From NCBI GenBank assembly GCA_020137815.1, contig CM035354.1, positions 7,378,001-7,442,000 on the forward strand: a stretch of 64,000 nt of DNA. Direction: 5' to 3'. Every line of letters starts with the position of its first letter. Within the stretch, counting starts at the first letter, position 1. Shown here piece by piece: positions 25,419 to 37,902 of this stretch. Position numbers and translations under genes: made by a program. The notes beneath the pieces were generated by a model. The model was given only the letters and a program-made list of their open reading frames with translations, had not been told where the DNA came from and did not search any database. The DNA is from Hormiphora californensis. Taxonomy: Eukaryota; Animalia; Ctenophora.

Positions 25419-26631
25419 AAATAGAGCAGGGAGAGTAGGAAGAGTAGGAGGTTGTAGCGGAGCAGAGAGGGAGAGAAACAGAAGAGGGAGTAGAGAGCGA
25501 CAAGGAAGAGAGAGAGGGGAGAGGAGAGAGAAGGAGGAGAGAGAGAAAAGAAGAGGGAAGTTAGAGAAGAGAGAGAGAGCAAGAGAATAAGAAGAGGGGA
25601 TGGGGTGGGAGGAGAGAGGGTTGGAGAAGAGAGAGAGAGAGAAAGAGAGGGAGGATAAAAAGTATGCGAGTATAGAGAGAGGAGAGTAGGAGAGATAAGT
25701 CATACGCCTTCCTGCTACCTTAACAATTAGTGTAGAATAAGTAAACAGTACACTACTAAACAACATGTGACAAAGTAATTTAAATAAAAAATCACCACTA
25801 ACCTACCACAAGATATCATAAGCAAATAACTGTGAAAGGGATAAAGCTTTGCTGAAAGAGACCAGTACTAGTAAATAGTTTGGATATAAAAGCTTTCATG
25901 TATGCAATTCCTCATACAAAACAAAACAATTCCTCCTACTCATGTCGTGTTTCAATTCCTTAAAATACGGAAATTTACCGTAATATACTGGTTTAATATA
26001 TAGCAGTATCGTGGAAACAAAGGTCCAGTTTAGAAAAAAAGAAGAGCTGGTGATATGTTCCCGGTAAACGAGATTTGTAAAATACGGTTCTTTTTTCATC
26101 AACATTGGGGAGATAGATAGAGCGAGAGGGAGGTGAGAGAAACATAAGGAGGAGACAGGAAGAGAGGTTGCAGCGAGAGGAGAGGAGAGAGAGAGAGAGA
26201 GAGAGGAGAGGAGAGGCAGTGGAGAGAAATGAGAGAGAGAGAGAGATAGAAAGAGAGAGATTGAGGCAAGGCAAAACATGCGTATCAATTAGCCGATCTA
26301 GCGACCATCAGCCATGGTCTAGAAATGTGGTGGTCAGAGTAGAGATTAAGAGGAGTGAGAGTGGTATAGAGAGAGAGGAGAGAGAGAAGAGTATATGAGA
26401 GAAAAAAACTATGATAGAGAGATATATGTATCACTTTGACCAAACGCTACAGTAATGTTGCAATTGCAGCAGGACTCCAATGTTTCTTTGACTTAGATTT
26501 CAGGTGTTATTCTACATTTTCCTTTCGCTTTGTGTTTTTCTTCTCCAACTTTTTATGTCTCTCTTTCTCTCTCACTCTCTCTCTTCCTCCCTCGTCTGCT
26601 TCGAGCTCACACTTCACCTACATGTGGCGTG

Positions 26632-27827
26632 AACAATAAAAAAAAAAGTAAAAAAACAATAGAAAAAAAAAGATGTAAAAAAATAAAAAAAAAAAAAAAG
26701 AAAAAGGACAAAGAACAACAAAACACAATTAAAGCACCAAAAGAACCAAAAAAAGAACAAAAACGAAAATCAAAATAAAACCACAAATTTAGAACAACGA
26801 AAAAAAAAAAAGCCAAAAAACAACAAACAACAAAAAACATTTGGCAAACTACAACAAAACAACCGAACAAGACCAACAAGAAGAATAGAACAAAAAAAAC
26901 AACACAAGACAAAGCAAGAAAAAAAACCCACAACAGACAAAACAAATAAAAAAAGAAAAAAAACCATAAAAAAAAAGATCAATCAAAGCAAACAAACTAT
27001 ACAAAAAAACCACACATGAGAAAACAACAAAAAAAACAAAAACACATAAAAAAACAAAAAAACAACAAGAAACCCAAAAATTACCTACAAAAGATTATAA
27101 AAAAAAAAATACAAAACTAAACAAAGAATATCTATAACATAATAAAAAAACAAAGAAGTGGTTACCACCAAAAACAAACACACCAACAGATAATAAAAGC
27201 AGACTACAACAAACTATAAGGAAAACCAAAAAAAACAAAACAAAAAAAAAAAAACAAACAAAACCACAAGAAAAAAAAAATACCAAAACACACCCCAAAA
27301 ACCAACCAAAATAACCCTAAAAAAAAATCTCAAAACACCACCAAGAAAACCACGAAATTGCCCGACATAAATTGAAAAACCATATGATGCAAAGAAAACA
27401 AAACGAATAAAATCAACACAAACAAAAAAAAACACAAAAAAAACTATTAAATAAAACAAAGATAAAAATAAAAAAAAAAGACAAAAAATGCAAAAAACAA
27501 GAAAACAACCAAACACCAAAAACAAATCAAACTAATAACCAAATAACAAAACAAACAACAAACATAAAATGAAAACACAAAAACAAAACAAAAACAAAAA
27601 AACAAGAAAAAATAAAAAAAATCTACAAAAACAAAAAGTGAAAAAACGCAAAAAGGAAATCAATAAAAAAAAAAAAACAAACAAACGCAATAAAAAAAAA
27701 CAAAAAAACAAAACCCCCAATAAAAAAACAAATTAAAACAAAAAATCATAATAAAAACAGAAAAAAGAACAACAAAAAAAAAAAACAACGATCAAAAGAA
27801 GAAAAAACAATAAAGAAAAAAATAATA

Positions 27828-27860
<33 letters not shown>

Positions 27861-28455
27861 ATAAAAAAAGAATAAGACAAAAAAAAAACAAAAGAAAAAA
27901 AAAATAAAAAAGATATACAAAAAAAAAAAACAATTGAAACAAAAAAATCCACAACAAAAAAAATAAAATTAAGATGAGATAAAAAAAAAAAAAATAAAAA
28001 TAATAACAAAAGAAAGAAAAAATAAAATAAAAAAAAATTAAAGTAAGTCAGAAAAAAAACGAAATAAGATAGAAAATAAGACAAAGAAACTGAAAAAAAA
28101 AAAAAGAAACAATAAAATGAACAAAAGAAAAACCGTGAAAAAAAAAAAAAAAAAAAAAAAAAGAAAAATAAAAACAAAAAAACAAAAAATAAATATAAAT
28201 AAAACAAAGAAAAAAAAAAAGATATAATAAAAAAATTAATAAAGTGTAAAAAAAAAAAAAAAAAAAAAAAATAAAAAAAAACAAAAAAAAAGAAAACAAA
28301 AAACAAAGAAAAAAAAAAAAAAAAAAAGAAAAAAAAAATAAAAATAGATAAAAAAGGAACAAAAACAAAAAAAAAGAAACAATTAAAAAAAAAAAAAGTA
28401 AAAAATAAAAAAAAACAAGAAAAAAAAAAAAAAGTAAAAAAAAAAAAATCAAAAC
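26632..28455. other. Extremely A-rich, aperiodic low-complexity stretch; probable base-calling/assembly artefact
   Basis: Long A runs with scattered C/G/T and no repeat unit. Flanked by degraded GA-rich sequence; ~28450-30900 also looks error-rich. Confidence 0.7.
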
Positions 28456-30689
28456 CACCGCTAATTTATTCGGCATATATTTGTGTATGTTTACTCGCGG
28501 CAGCACTGTATGGTAAATGTGCTAATGTTCGTACATGCCCTGGTATGTCACACACACATGCCACAATTAAACCTATGAACGAATGAGGAAACTAACGAGC
28601 CTATCGATCTTGTGGCATTGTGTGTACAATAACATAAGATCTCACTAAACTCCCTTATCTTCTTAAACAAGGTTTGTGAAACTGACAAGAGATAAGAATC
28701 GGTAACCTTACGCTTGTCTATTACGTGGGCCTGCTCCTTCCCGTAATATTATCACGACGGATTAAGGCCAACTCTCCATATAAATCAAAATCACGCCACT
28801 GCTTGTATCTTACACTGATAAAACACTGCCCGCCTGCACGATGTACCTCTCCCTCGAAAATAAATAAAAAAGGACTGTGCTTGGAGTTTTCACATGCCTT
28901 GTTGAACTACTTTCTGCAGTTTCTCGTGACCCCCCCAACTGCTACTCTAACAGTTTTCCTTTGCCGGCAGTAGGCATCCTCTTTTATTGTGAGGCCAGCG
29001 ATTCCCTCCTTTAGCAGATAATGAACCGCTGGTCGAGAGTAAGTGAATATAAGACAGAATAGAGACGAGGAGGAAAGTAGATAGAGAACAGAGTAGCGAG
29101 ATGAGATTGGAGAATATATAGAGAGGGATTGCTGATGTAGAGATCTGAGAATTGATGGTTTATTTATCGAAGACTAATAGTGAGGAGAGAGAGTCAGCGA
29201 GCGAAGAGAGAGATCAGCTAGAGATAGAGGGCCACGGAGACAGGGCATCAGATACAGAGAAGAGATGATAGCTACTGTGTTGACTTTCTATGCTTCTTAT
29301 CAGTTTATATCTCTTGTCTGTCGCTTCTTGATTACTCGAGATATAACGATCTATTTATCAACGACTCTATATATAATCCTTGATAAGAATCTATCTGCTA
29401 GCCTCTCTCGCGCTTATATAATGATCCATCTGATACAAATATACTTATAGAGTTAGCGGTAGGATATCATATATACTCATATCTGTGTATATTTCTTTTA
29501 CTCTATATAAATACTATTTAATCATAAATTCTATTTCTCCTTTTCTTTCTCACTATCTCATCTCGTATATATCTGCCTTACTCTCTCTTATCGTGAGTTT
29601 ACACTGATCGTTCCCTGTATGTGTGTTGAGTCCTTAGACAACGACCAACCCTACAACCAAAATATGCACTATTTCAATAGATTTTCAGGAAAAACTATCG
29701 AGAAGTGTGTTATGTTGAATTTTTGTGAAACCATCTTTCCTCCCACAGTCACAGACATAACATTTCTGAGAAAACAGAAATCCGATAACTGATCAAACTA
29801 TTGAACGATTACGGTAAACTAAACAGGTGCCTTAGGATTTTTATTTATGGCCAAATCACCATATAACTGCTGTAGCAAATAAGATAACCAAAAAAGTGAA
29901 TAAAAAAAACAAAAAACATCAAACAAAAAAAATACAGAAAAAAAAAGTTCTAATGTCGCGACCATTTTAGGATACCAAGCAACTCAACCAGAGTAATTTG
30001 TATGAATAGATATGGTATTTGTAGAACTATTGATAAACTGCAACATCGTATTCTTAGTAATAGTCTGAATGCAAAATAGCTCCTCTCATATCTATATCAT
30101 ATATATATCATATCTCATTTATAGAATATTATTTATTACTAAGATCATCTCTTACTCTTGAGATATAATTCATCATATATGTTAATTAGTGCTACAGTAA
30201 ACTCAAAGAAAACAAACAAAAAAACCCACATTTCTATTAATTTCAGAGTCAATCAAGCATTTAGCACTTCCCCAGTGAACTGACCCGCATCTACGTCACA
30301 AAGTAGTTTTTTTCCTTTTTAGGGTACGTGGTTAACACTTTCCACACACCGATAACGTTTTAGCAGGTATAATATATGGTACTGCGTCAAGCAATCTTTC
30401 TTTCAAGGCTAGAGATAGCCCAAAACATATTCAAGGTGGTATTAGGCCGCCTCAGAGAAAATATCGTATCCTATCGTACCGGATAAATTGAGATGAAATT
30501 GGTCTAGCAAATTTATTTGACTATTGTGAGTGGTTTTTACTTTTTTGTTACAAAAAACGTACTGATTAGAACTTGGCTGTGGGTTTACAATTCAACACCT
30601 GCACGATGGATACGTAGTAACACTAAATTACATCGAAAGATAATCTAGAATCTAAAATAACTCCGTTCCCCAGCAACCGTAGTCCGTAT

Positions 30690-31330
30690 AACTTAAAGTA
30701 ACCCTGTCTATAAGTTTTGCCACGTTCGCCATGACTCTAACATGATAAATCAGTTGATGCTTTATTATGTGGTATGGACGAAGAGAGACTGAGAAGTTAA
30801 TTTCAGGAATTGTATTCTATATTCCAAGAAGATCTTGAATCTTTCGTGACTCTTACCCTCTCCCCGACTGAATAAACCTTATTTGTCAAAGAAGAATAAA
30901 TGTAATTAGCAGAGTTCTTATTAAAAATGTCTTTCTAATGAATGTCTTACCACAAGGAGTGTAAAACGGGAGATTTCAATACTTCAAGATCTGATTTTTC
31001 CCAGGTTCGTCCAAATTTGAGATCTTCGTCACTCAAATGCACCTCATCTAGAACTTTCTCATTCTTCTCCTTGACATACGGCATCGCAGAATTCATCTAG
31101 GAGGAATGGTTGGTTAATTGGTGAGAGTGGGCTGTGGGGGGGGGGGGGGGGGTCTTCACTCTTCGTACATGTGCTCAGGGGGTTTGTGTGATGTATGGTT
31201 TTTGACTCACCTTTTTGACAGTGACATCAAAGAACTCATCCAGCGAATGAACAGTTGGGGTAGAGGAGATCAAACGGAGATTCCTTCGTTTGCTAGCCAG
31301 CCTCCAGACAGAGGCAGCTACTCGATTCAT
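30690..31330 (-). CDS. MRPL47: Probable mitochondrial ribosomal protein L47 (uL29m), 5' exons with indel errors
   Basis: Exon 1 MNRVAASVWRLASKRRNLRLISSTPTVHSLDEFFD (presequence plus LEEFFD-like motif). Exon 2 reads FGRTWEKSDLEVLKSPVLHSLW if one A is restored, resembling GRxW..xLR.KS..DLHKLWY. Confidence 0.5.
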
Positions 31331-31596
31331 TTCTAGAACTAATCAAAATGTTAAAACTAAAATCTGTCCCAAAAGTATACAATATAATGCAACACCATAA
31401 ATAAGTTGGTCAGCTTGTATGAGATGAGCAAAGTTTTCCTGTCACGAGTTTTTATACATGTACACTTTTTTACCGCCCCCCCCCCTTTCCTGAGCTGTCC
31501 ACTGGTTACTGGCGCCTGACCCCCCCCCCCCCCCTTGTGACTTTTCCATGAGGAAAAAAATCTTCATGACAAAGAGTTCAAAATCTAAAAAGGATC

Positions 31597-31764
31597 GGCA
31601 AGTTCGATAAAGTCTACATTTCGCCTGACAGGACTTTGGAGGAACGAAATGAGAGAAGACAGCTTGTTGATCGACTGAAGGAAATGGTGCAAAGGTCTCC
31701 TGGAAAACATTACTTCATTCGTGGGAAGGAGGTGGTGGAAGCACCAGGGACCACTGAGAATTGA
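31597..31764 (+). pseudogene. Isolated C-terminal fragment of a LINE ORF1-like protein
   Basis: GKFDKVYISPDRTLEERNERRQLVDRLKEMVQRSPGKHYFIRGKEVV*, the VYIxxDxTxxER pattern of LINE ORF1 C-terminal domains; no ORF2 follows. Confidence 0.55.
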
Positions 31765-31805
31765 AATTAAATTTGTTGAGTTTAGACTTTAGAAGTGTCT
31801 GATGA

Positions 31806-32069
31806 GGGGAAACTCTAACTGAATGGCATCCCATTAATGGGATGCCATAAATGGGATGCCATCAACAGTAAAACTCTAACTGATAATGGACCACAGTGAT
31901 GGTTCTTTCTCTGTATTCTCTCTGTAGGTAGTACATTGGGCATGCCCGGGCGCGGGCGCGTACACAGAGAGAATACAGAGAAAGAACCATCACTGTGGTC
32001 CATTATCAGTTAGAGTTTTACTGTTGATGGCATCCCATTAATGGGATGCCATTCAGTTAGAGTTTCCCC
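31806..32069. mobile_element. PIF/Harbinger (Tourist-like) palindromic MITE (264 bp)
   Basis: TIR GGGGAAACTCTAACTGAATGGCATCCC, ~105-bp arms; 3-bp TSD TGA (31803-31805 and 32070-32072). Confidence 0.85.
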
Positions 32070-32758
32070 TGAGCGAGGAAATGACAGTTTAGTTGAAAGG
32101 TGGTCATTTGTTTGATAGCCTCAATTATTTTTCAAGTTTCAAGTTTTAAGTTTCAAGTAATGGGGTTTCCATCAATCACGACCTCCCTTTCACCTTTTAT
32201 TCCGCTAAACTATCTGGGGTAACAGAAGTGAGCTAATGCAATGTAATGTAATTTATGCATTTAATAGACCACTCACTAGTGAATAAATAGTAGAAAACAA
32301 TGGTGCCAACACACTCTCTAAACTATCACTTTCTCAAGTCGATAACATAATGCGGACTGTCCGACCCCCTCACCTTGTCCTCAACTGTCCAGCTTTTTAG
32401 AACCCTCTCCCCTCTTCGGCGGACTTCTTTTGTGAATGGCCCCTTTTGCGAATGGCCCGCCTAACATCGGAGTTTAACCTTGGCGCTAGAGTCCTGAGGC
32501 CCCAATGCGTGTATTTTTGGACGGCCAATATACAGGGACTGTAGCGTAGGCCAAGGGTTCACCTAAACGATACTGTAGCCTTCTGAATGCCACACAACTT
32601 CCTAGGCTTTCAAAACTGTTGGAATTAGGCCTTAGGGCCTTCGGCCAGGACAGAACGTACTAGAACTTTTGCTTTTTCGAGAGCTTTCAAACTTTTCAAC
32701 ACTACTTTAAACAAATTAATTTGAGAAAGCCATGTACAAGTGACCACCCCTGGAAACT

Positions 32759-33973
32759 ATGACTGAAGCCAAGGAGAAAGCTATCCTGGGGAAGCAGAAG
32801 GCTATCCTGTCAGAGCTAAGTAAGGATTCTGATTGTGGTGATGAGGTTAAGCGAGTCCTGAAGGCCTACAACCCGGCAGCAAAGAAATATCAGACCAACC
32901 TGAACAACCTGGATAAGTTTGATGCCCCCGTTCTGGAGGAGGCCGCTGTTTTCCTGGGAGGTAAGCCCCGGACCGACGATGGTGTCAGCATAAGGTACCG
33001 TAGCAAATCTAGCCTCATTGACTGGCTAATCATGGCTATCGAGGGTCTCTTCCCTCAGTTTTGCGAGGCCTGTGAGTTGGATTACTCATTGAAACGAGGA
33101 GAAAAATCCAGGTTTAACTGCAGTAGCTGTGGTGGTGGTAGCCACAACTGCCACCTAATCCAGGAGCAGCCTAAGTGTAGTGTCCCTGGTTTTGTTTGGA
33201 TTTGCTCAGGCTGTATGAAAAAGAACAGACTGGAAACTTTCTCTGGCGAAAACGGGGAGTTTGCCAGTCCTCCTAAAAGTGCAGCTAGTGAGGCAAATGA
33301 TGACAGTTTGAGGAGGAAGTTCAGTTTCTTGTCGACGGCTGAGGTTAGCGAGAAACCAGGGGAGGTGACCATAACCGGTGATAAGAAGGAACTACCCAAG
33401 GAAAAAGAGAAACAGATCGATAGTGAGTCAGACAAACCAATTCCAGTGTGCCAGCAATACCTTCAACATCGCTGCAAGCATGGTCGTGCTGGAACAAAGT
33501 TGGTCAACGGAGTTGCTTGCCAGAAGTCACACCCTCCACTGTGCCGGAAGTACTGCTCACACGGATCTATGAAGAAGTACGGATGTCAGCTGGGTAAGGA
33601 ATGTCGCTATTTCCACCCACCCCTGTGTCGTTCCTCACAGTTCAGTCATCAATGTCTCAAGACCGACTGTCGTTTTCAACATCTGAGGAACACACGTCGT
33701 GCTCCTGCCAACGTGAAGGGAAATAACACCCAGCCAACCGACGTGGGTAGGCCGAGAACCATGTCATCCTATGCTACAATAACTACGGATAGTAGCACTA
33801 ATATGCCACGGTCCCAGCAGCCGAGCTCCAATGCAGCACGTGAGCCAGCCCCATTTGATGAGCAGGCTTTTTTCGAAAGACTCTTGGGTGCGATGGATGC
33901 GAGAATGGACGCGAAAATGAGAGAAATGCTAGACGTGAGACTAGAGCCGAGACGAACGTGGAGGGATCGTTAG
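32759..33973 (+). CDS. LINE ORF1 with a PHD-like finger and three CCCH zinc fingers
   Basis: CEAC...CSSCGGGSHNC...WICSGC (C4HC3); CQQYLQHRC...CQKSH, CRKY...CQLGKECRYFH, CRSSQFSHQCLKTDCRFQH. Confidence 0.85.
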   Translation: MTEAKEKAILGKQKAILSELSKDSDCGDEVKRVLKAYNPAAKKYQTNLNNLDKFDAPVLEEAAVFLGGKPRTDDGVSIRYRSKSSLIDWLIMAIEGLFPQFCEACELDYSLKRGEKSRFNCSSCGGGSHNCHLIQEQPKCSVPGFVWICSGCMKKNRLETFSGENGEFASPPKSAASEANDDSLRRKFSFLSTAEVSEKPGEVTITGDKKELPKEKEKQIDSESDKPIPVCQQYLQHRCKHGRAGTKLVNGVACQKSHPPLCRKYCSHGSMKKYGCQLGKECRYFHPPLCRSSQFSHQCLKTDCRFQHLRNTRRAPANVKGNNTQPTDVGRPRTMSSYATITTDSSTNMPRSQQPSSNAAREPAPFDEQAFFERLLGAMDARMDAKMREMLDVRLEPRRTWRDR

Positions 33974-36933
33974 GGCCTGTTTCGCCTACGAGCAAGCTGT
34001 TACTGCTTAACGCAAGGAGCTTAAGTCCAGCAGGTGATACAGGCTGGAAACTCGGTCTTATAAGAGACTATGTTACGCAAGAGAAAACTCCCATAGTAGC
34101 CATTGCAGTAACTGAGACTTGGTTTAAGGGTTATCATTCTGATGCTCAGGTTCAGATACCAGGGTATGACGTATATAGAAGTGATAGAGAAAACCGAGTT
34201 GGCGGAGGCTGTGCCTTATATGTTCAATGTTCGCTGGCTGTTTCTGACAGTATATATTTTGCGAGTGCGAATAACAATATGTGTGCTGTCTATGTTGAAC
34301 AAATAAACACTATTTATGCTGCTGTGTATCGCTCCGAGTCAAGTGTGTTAGACTTTCAAAAGCTGATGGACAATTTACAGACTTTTATAGATAAACACAG
34401 TGATGGACGATTATCAGAGGTCGTAATTTCTGGGGATTTTAACCTTCCTCTTTTTCAGTGGTCTGATGGTTCGTCTGTCCCGGTTGATCAGCCTAACTAC
34501 AATGTTGTTGCTGATTTCATGGACGCAAACTTTCTATCCCAAGTTGTTGAGGGCCCTACAAGAGGCAACAACACGCTAGACCTTGTGTTTACCAACCGTC
34601 CAGAATATTTCAGCGATATTGTTATTACGGATGGGGGTATCTCGGACCATTCCTGGGTATCATGTGAACTATCTTTCAACCCTCTCGGTCCTAAAAGTTT
34701 ATTTCTTCCCAGTACACTTGAGGGTTATCGTCAATTGGATCTTCAGTCGGCTGACTTCACTAGTATTGATGCGGAACTAGCGGCTACTGATTGGGATCGA
34801 ATGTTGACGGAATGTGAAGAACTGGGAGACGAGGATGGTTCCCTTTTTGTGGAGGCCATGCGTGACAAAGTGTTCAAAGTTGTAAAGTCACACTGTCGGT
34901 TGAAGAAAATCAGGAAAGAGTTTGTGGACAAAGAACTGAAACACTTAACCAGCAGGAGACGGAAATTGGTTAAACAAAAGGACGATTCAAACAAATGGAA
35001 ATCACTGATGGACTGTATTATTGGAAGGATAAAGGACCATTTGATATCAAGGGACAAGAAGGCAGAGAGGAAGGCTGTCGACGTAATTAAAGAAAACCCA
35101 AAGTACTTCTATTCACACGTCAAGAGGAAATCAAAGGTTAAATCTTCAGTTGCACCCCTTGAGCGTGAAGATGGTTCATTAACTGTGGATCCTCAAGAGA
35201 AGGCTGGATTACTCCAACACCAGTTCTCCAGCGTTTTTAGCGACCCTTCCGCTATCGACCCCGCAGAGGCAGCTGGTAACGTGGAGGACCTTGGGGAGAT
35301 CCTGACAAGTTTGGAGTTTTCCCAGGAATGTATCCAGACTGGCTTGAAGGAACTTAAGCCATTCTCAGCATCCCCTCCTGACTGCATTCCTTCTTTTGTT
35401 CTGAAACAGTGCAGCAGTAGCCTGGCATACCCGATTTGGATGTTGTGGAACAGGTCATTTGAAGACGGATCTGTCCCTAGTTGCTTAAAGCAACAGTTCA
35501 TAACACCATTATTCAAGAAGGGGGCTAAATCGAAACCTGTGAACTATCGCCCAGTGTCTATAACAAGTCACCTGTCTAAAGTGTTTGAGCGGCTGGTGAG
35601 GAAACGGATCAGTGACTACTTGGACGAGATGGAGTTGCAGAGTGACACTCAGCATGGGTTTAGGAAGGGGCGCAGTACCATGACACAGCTACTAACCCAT
35701 GTTGACATCATCCTATCTGATCTATGCGGTGATCAGGAAGTCGATGCTATCTACTTAGATTTTAGTAAAGCATTTGATTCCGTGGATATCAATGTTCTGC
35801 TAGCTAAATTGAGGCGATATGGTATTGGAGGTCAACTCCTTCAGTGGATCAGTGCGTGGATCCTGGGCAGGAATCAGTGTGTAATGGTGGATGGAGTGAG
35901 GTCACCCTGGGCCGAGGTACTTAGTGGGGTTGCCCAGGGTAGTGTGCTCGGACCACTTCTTTTCCTCATATATATTCTTGACCTGGAGTCAGTGCTAGAC
36001 GGTAGCATGTGTCTAACTTTTGCTGACGATACTAAGTTGGTAAAAGCTATTTCGGATATGACTAGCCAGGCGTGCCTACAGAACGATCTTTTAAGAGTGG
36101 CAGAATGGGCAAAGAAGAACAATATGAAGTTACATGAGGATAAATTTCAGCTCTTGAGCTATAGTCTGAATAAGTCTGCTATCCTCAGACAGTTTCCTTT
36201 CGCAGCTGAAGTGTTTTCATATACTACAAGCTCAGGTGTGCAGTTGACCCCCGAACCTGATGTTCGTGATCTGGGTGTCCAGATGTCTGCAGATGGGTCA
36301 TGGACGAGGCACATTTCTATCATAGTGCGGAAGGCTTCCCTCTTGAGTGGCTGGATATTCAGCGTTTTTCGGGACCGTTCTCCGGAGGTTATGGTACAGC
36401 TTTTCAAGTCCTTGGTCAGGCCTATTCTTGAGTACTGTTGCCTAGTCTGGAACCCTTCCAAGGCTGGTGATATCAAGGCTATTGAGAATGTCCAACGTTG
36501 TTTCACCAGACGTCTTGATGGTATGCAGGGTCATGACTATTGGGATAGACTGAAATTGCTCAATCTTATGTCCCTTCAGCGTCGGAGACAGCGCTACATT
36601 CTGATTCATGTGTGGAAGACGATTCATGGTTTTGTACCTAACTCTGCCAACCTAGTATTTCAACAGCACGCTAGACTGGGTATGCGGATAGTCCCACCAC
36701 CTTACCCCTATAGAGCAGAAACGAAACGAGCTAATCAATTTCACTGCTCATTTGGTCCAAGAGCAGCTCATTTATGGAACACTCTACCTGCTGCTGTCAA
36801 TTCTTGTGTGAGCTTGAATCAGTTCAAATCATCATTGGGCAATTACTTGACAGGATTTCACGATCGTCCTCCAGTCAGAGGGTACCCGCCACTTCCAAAT
36901 GACCTTTCGCCTCAATGTGCTGTGCTGTGCTGA
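33862..36933 (+). CDS. LINE ORF2: AP endonuclease plus reverse transcriptase; frame open from 33862, no ATG before the endonuclease
   Basis: APE motifs LLNARSL, AVTETW, GGGCALYV, SGDFN, TLDLVFTN, SDH. RT motifs NYRPVSITS, QHGFRKGRS, YLDFSKAFD, GVAQGSVLGP, FADDTK. Confidence 0.95.
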   Translation, partial: AGFFRKTLGCDGCENGRENERNARRETRAETNVEGSLGPVSPTSKLLLLNARSLSPAGDTGWKLGLIRDYVTQEKTPIVAIAVTETWFKGYHSDAQVQIPGYDVYRSDRENRVGGGCALYVQCSLAVSDSIYFASANNNMCAVYVEQINTIYAAVYRSESSVLDFQKLMDNLQTFIDKHSDGRLSEVVISGDFNLPLFQWSDGSSVPVDQPNYNVVADFMDANFLSQVVEGPTRGNNTLDLVFTNRPEYFSDIVITDGGISDHSWVSCELSFNPLGPKSLFLPSTLEGYRQLDLQSADFTSIDAELAATDWDRMLTECEELGDEDGSLFVEAMRDKVFKVVKSHCRLKKIRKEFVDKELKHLTSRRRKLVKQKDDSNKWKSLMDCIIGRIKDHLISRDKKAERKAVDVIKENPKYFYSHVKRKSKVKSSVAPLEREDGSLTVDPQEKAGLLQHQFSSVFSDPSAIDPAEAAGNVEDLGEILTSLEFSQECIQTGLKELKPFSASPPDCIPSFVLKQCSSSLAYPIWMLWNRSFEDGSVPSCLKQQFITPLFKKGAKSKPVNYRPVSITSHLSKVFERLVRKRISDYLDEMELQSDTQHGFRKGRSTMTQLLTHVDIILSDLCGDQEVDAIYLDFSKAFDSVDINVLLAKLRRYGIGGQLLQWISAWILGRNQCVMVDGVRSPWAEVLSGVAQGSVLGPLLFLIYILDLESVLDGSMCLTFADDTKLVKAISDMTSQACLQNDLLRVAEWAKKNNMKLHEDKFQLLSYSLNKSAILRQFPFAAEVFSYTTSSGVQLTPEPDVRDLGVQMSADGSWTRHISIIVRKASLLSGWIFSVFRDRSPEVMVQLFKSLVRPILEYCCLVWNPSKAGDIKAIENVQRCFTRRLDGMQGHDYWDRLKLLNLMSLQRRRQRYILIHVWKTIHGFVPNSANLVFQQHARLGMRIVPPPYPYRAETKRANQFHCSFGPRAAHLWNTLPAAVNSCVSLNQFKSSLGNYLTGFHDRPPVRGYPPLPNDLSPQCAVLC

Positions 36934-37902
36934 TGAGTGTGAGTGTGAAGGGATAGTTTTTCAACTTGATTTTATTTAGGTGGACCCATCCAGGGAAGGC
37001 CTGTTTCTTTATAAATAAAACTTTAATTGTAAACTTGTAAACTTGTAAACTTGTAAACTTGTAAACTTGTAAACTTCAAAACTTTGCGTTCGCCTTTTCA
37101 ATAATTTTGCTTGTTTTTTTCGCTCGAGCGATAATACTTTACGACGCAATTTACGTTTCGCGCAGAATTATTCAAACTGCAATGCATTTTTGCGCGCGCG
37201 TATTTTAAGATTTTATAAATAAAAAACTCGAACCAAAAAAAGTTTTTCCTGAAATCACGAAACTGTGTCGTCCCTTGAAAAGAGCTGCCTTATCCCGGGG
37301 GTCCAGCGGCGTTTGCCAATGTCGTCCCTCACTAGTCACTACAGAGCACTCACGTTTTTAGGGTTAGTTCCGAGTTAGGGTCAGGATTACCGGTTAGGGC
37401 TGTGGTTCGGGTTGGAAACTGTGGTCAGGGCTTGAGATTTCTCATTTTATATCACTGGTAAAAGTGGTGTCGTGGTAAGGGTTATTTTAGTGCAAGATAC
37501 ATTTTTGGCAGTACCCACCTGTAACTGTAACAGGTGTGTACAGTGTAACAGGCGAGTAACTAACTATATGGCGCCCCAAAGTTGGAGGCTTGATGATTGA
37601 TCCTAAAATCGAATCCTAAATATCGCTTGGAAGACTTGTTAGGGTCTAAAACATCTTTGCGGACCTTGGAAAAGTTTAGGCCTGCACAGTTGACAGTTCA
37701 AGAGATGTTAATGTTGATTTGTATTAATGGAGCTGCTCTGAGCCCTTGTTGGTAGAAAAGTACGGACAGTCGGGACCCGACTCTGAAGAATTTAGTACCC
37801 CGGGAGCACCCCTCTGGATAATATTAAATATATATGTTTGTAACGATTTCCCTGACCTGGTTCCTAATTCAACTTTCATCAAGTTTAGGTGGATTCTGTA
37901 GG

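Larger units (their letters stand above)
32500..37076 (+). mobile_element. Full-length, apparently intact CR1-group LINE (5' boundary approximate)
   Basis: ORF1 plus overlapping ORF2, short 3' UTR, AATAAA at ~37014 and an (AAACTTGT)x~6 tail at 37027-37076. Confidence 0.92.

Noticed and set aside
26530-28506. Phe-rich and Lys-rich ORFs in the A-rich block
   Set aside because: By-products of aperiodic A-rich sequence that is probably a base-calling artefact; no coding signal.
37355-37430. TTAGGG-like repeats (also ~6305-6318)
   Set aside because: Short, degenerate and interstitial; not a telomere.
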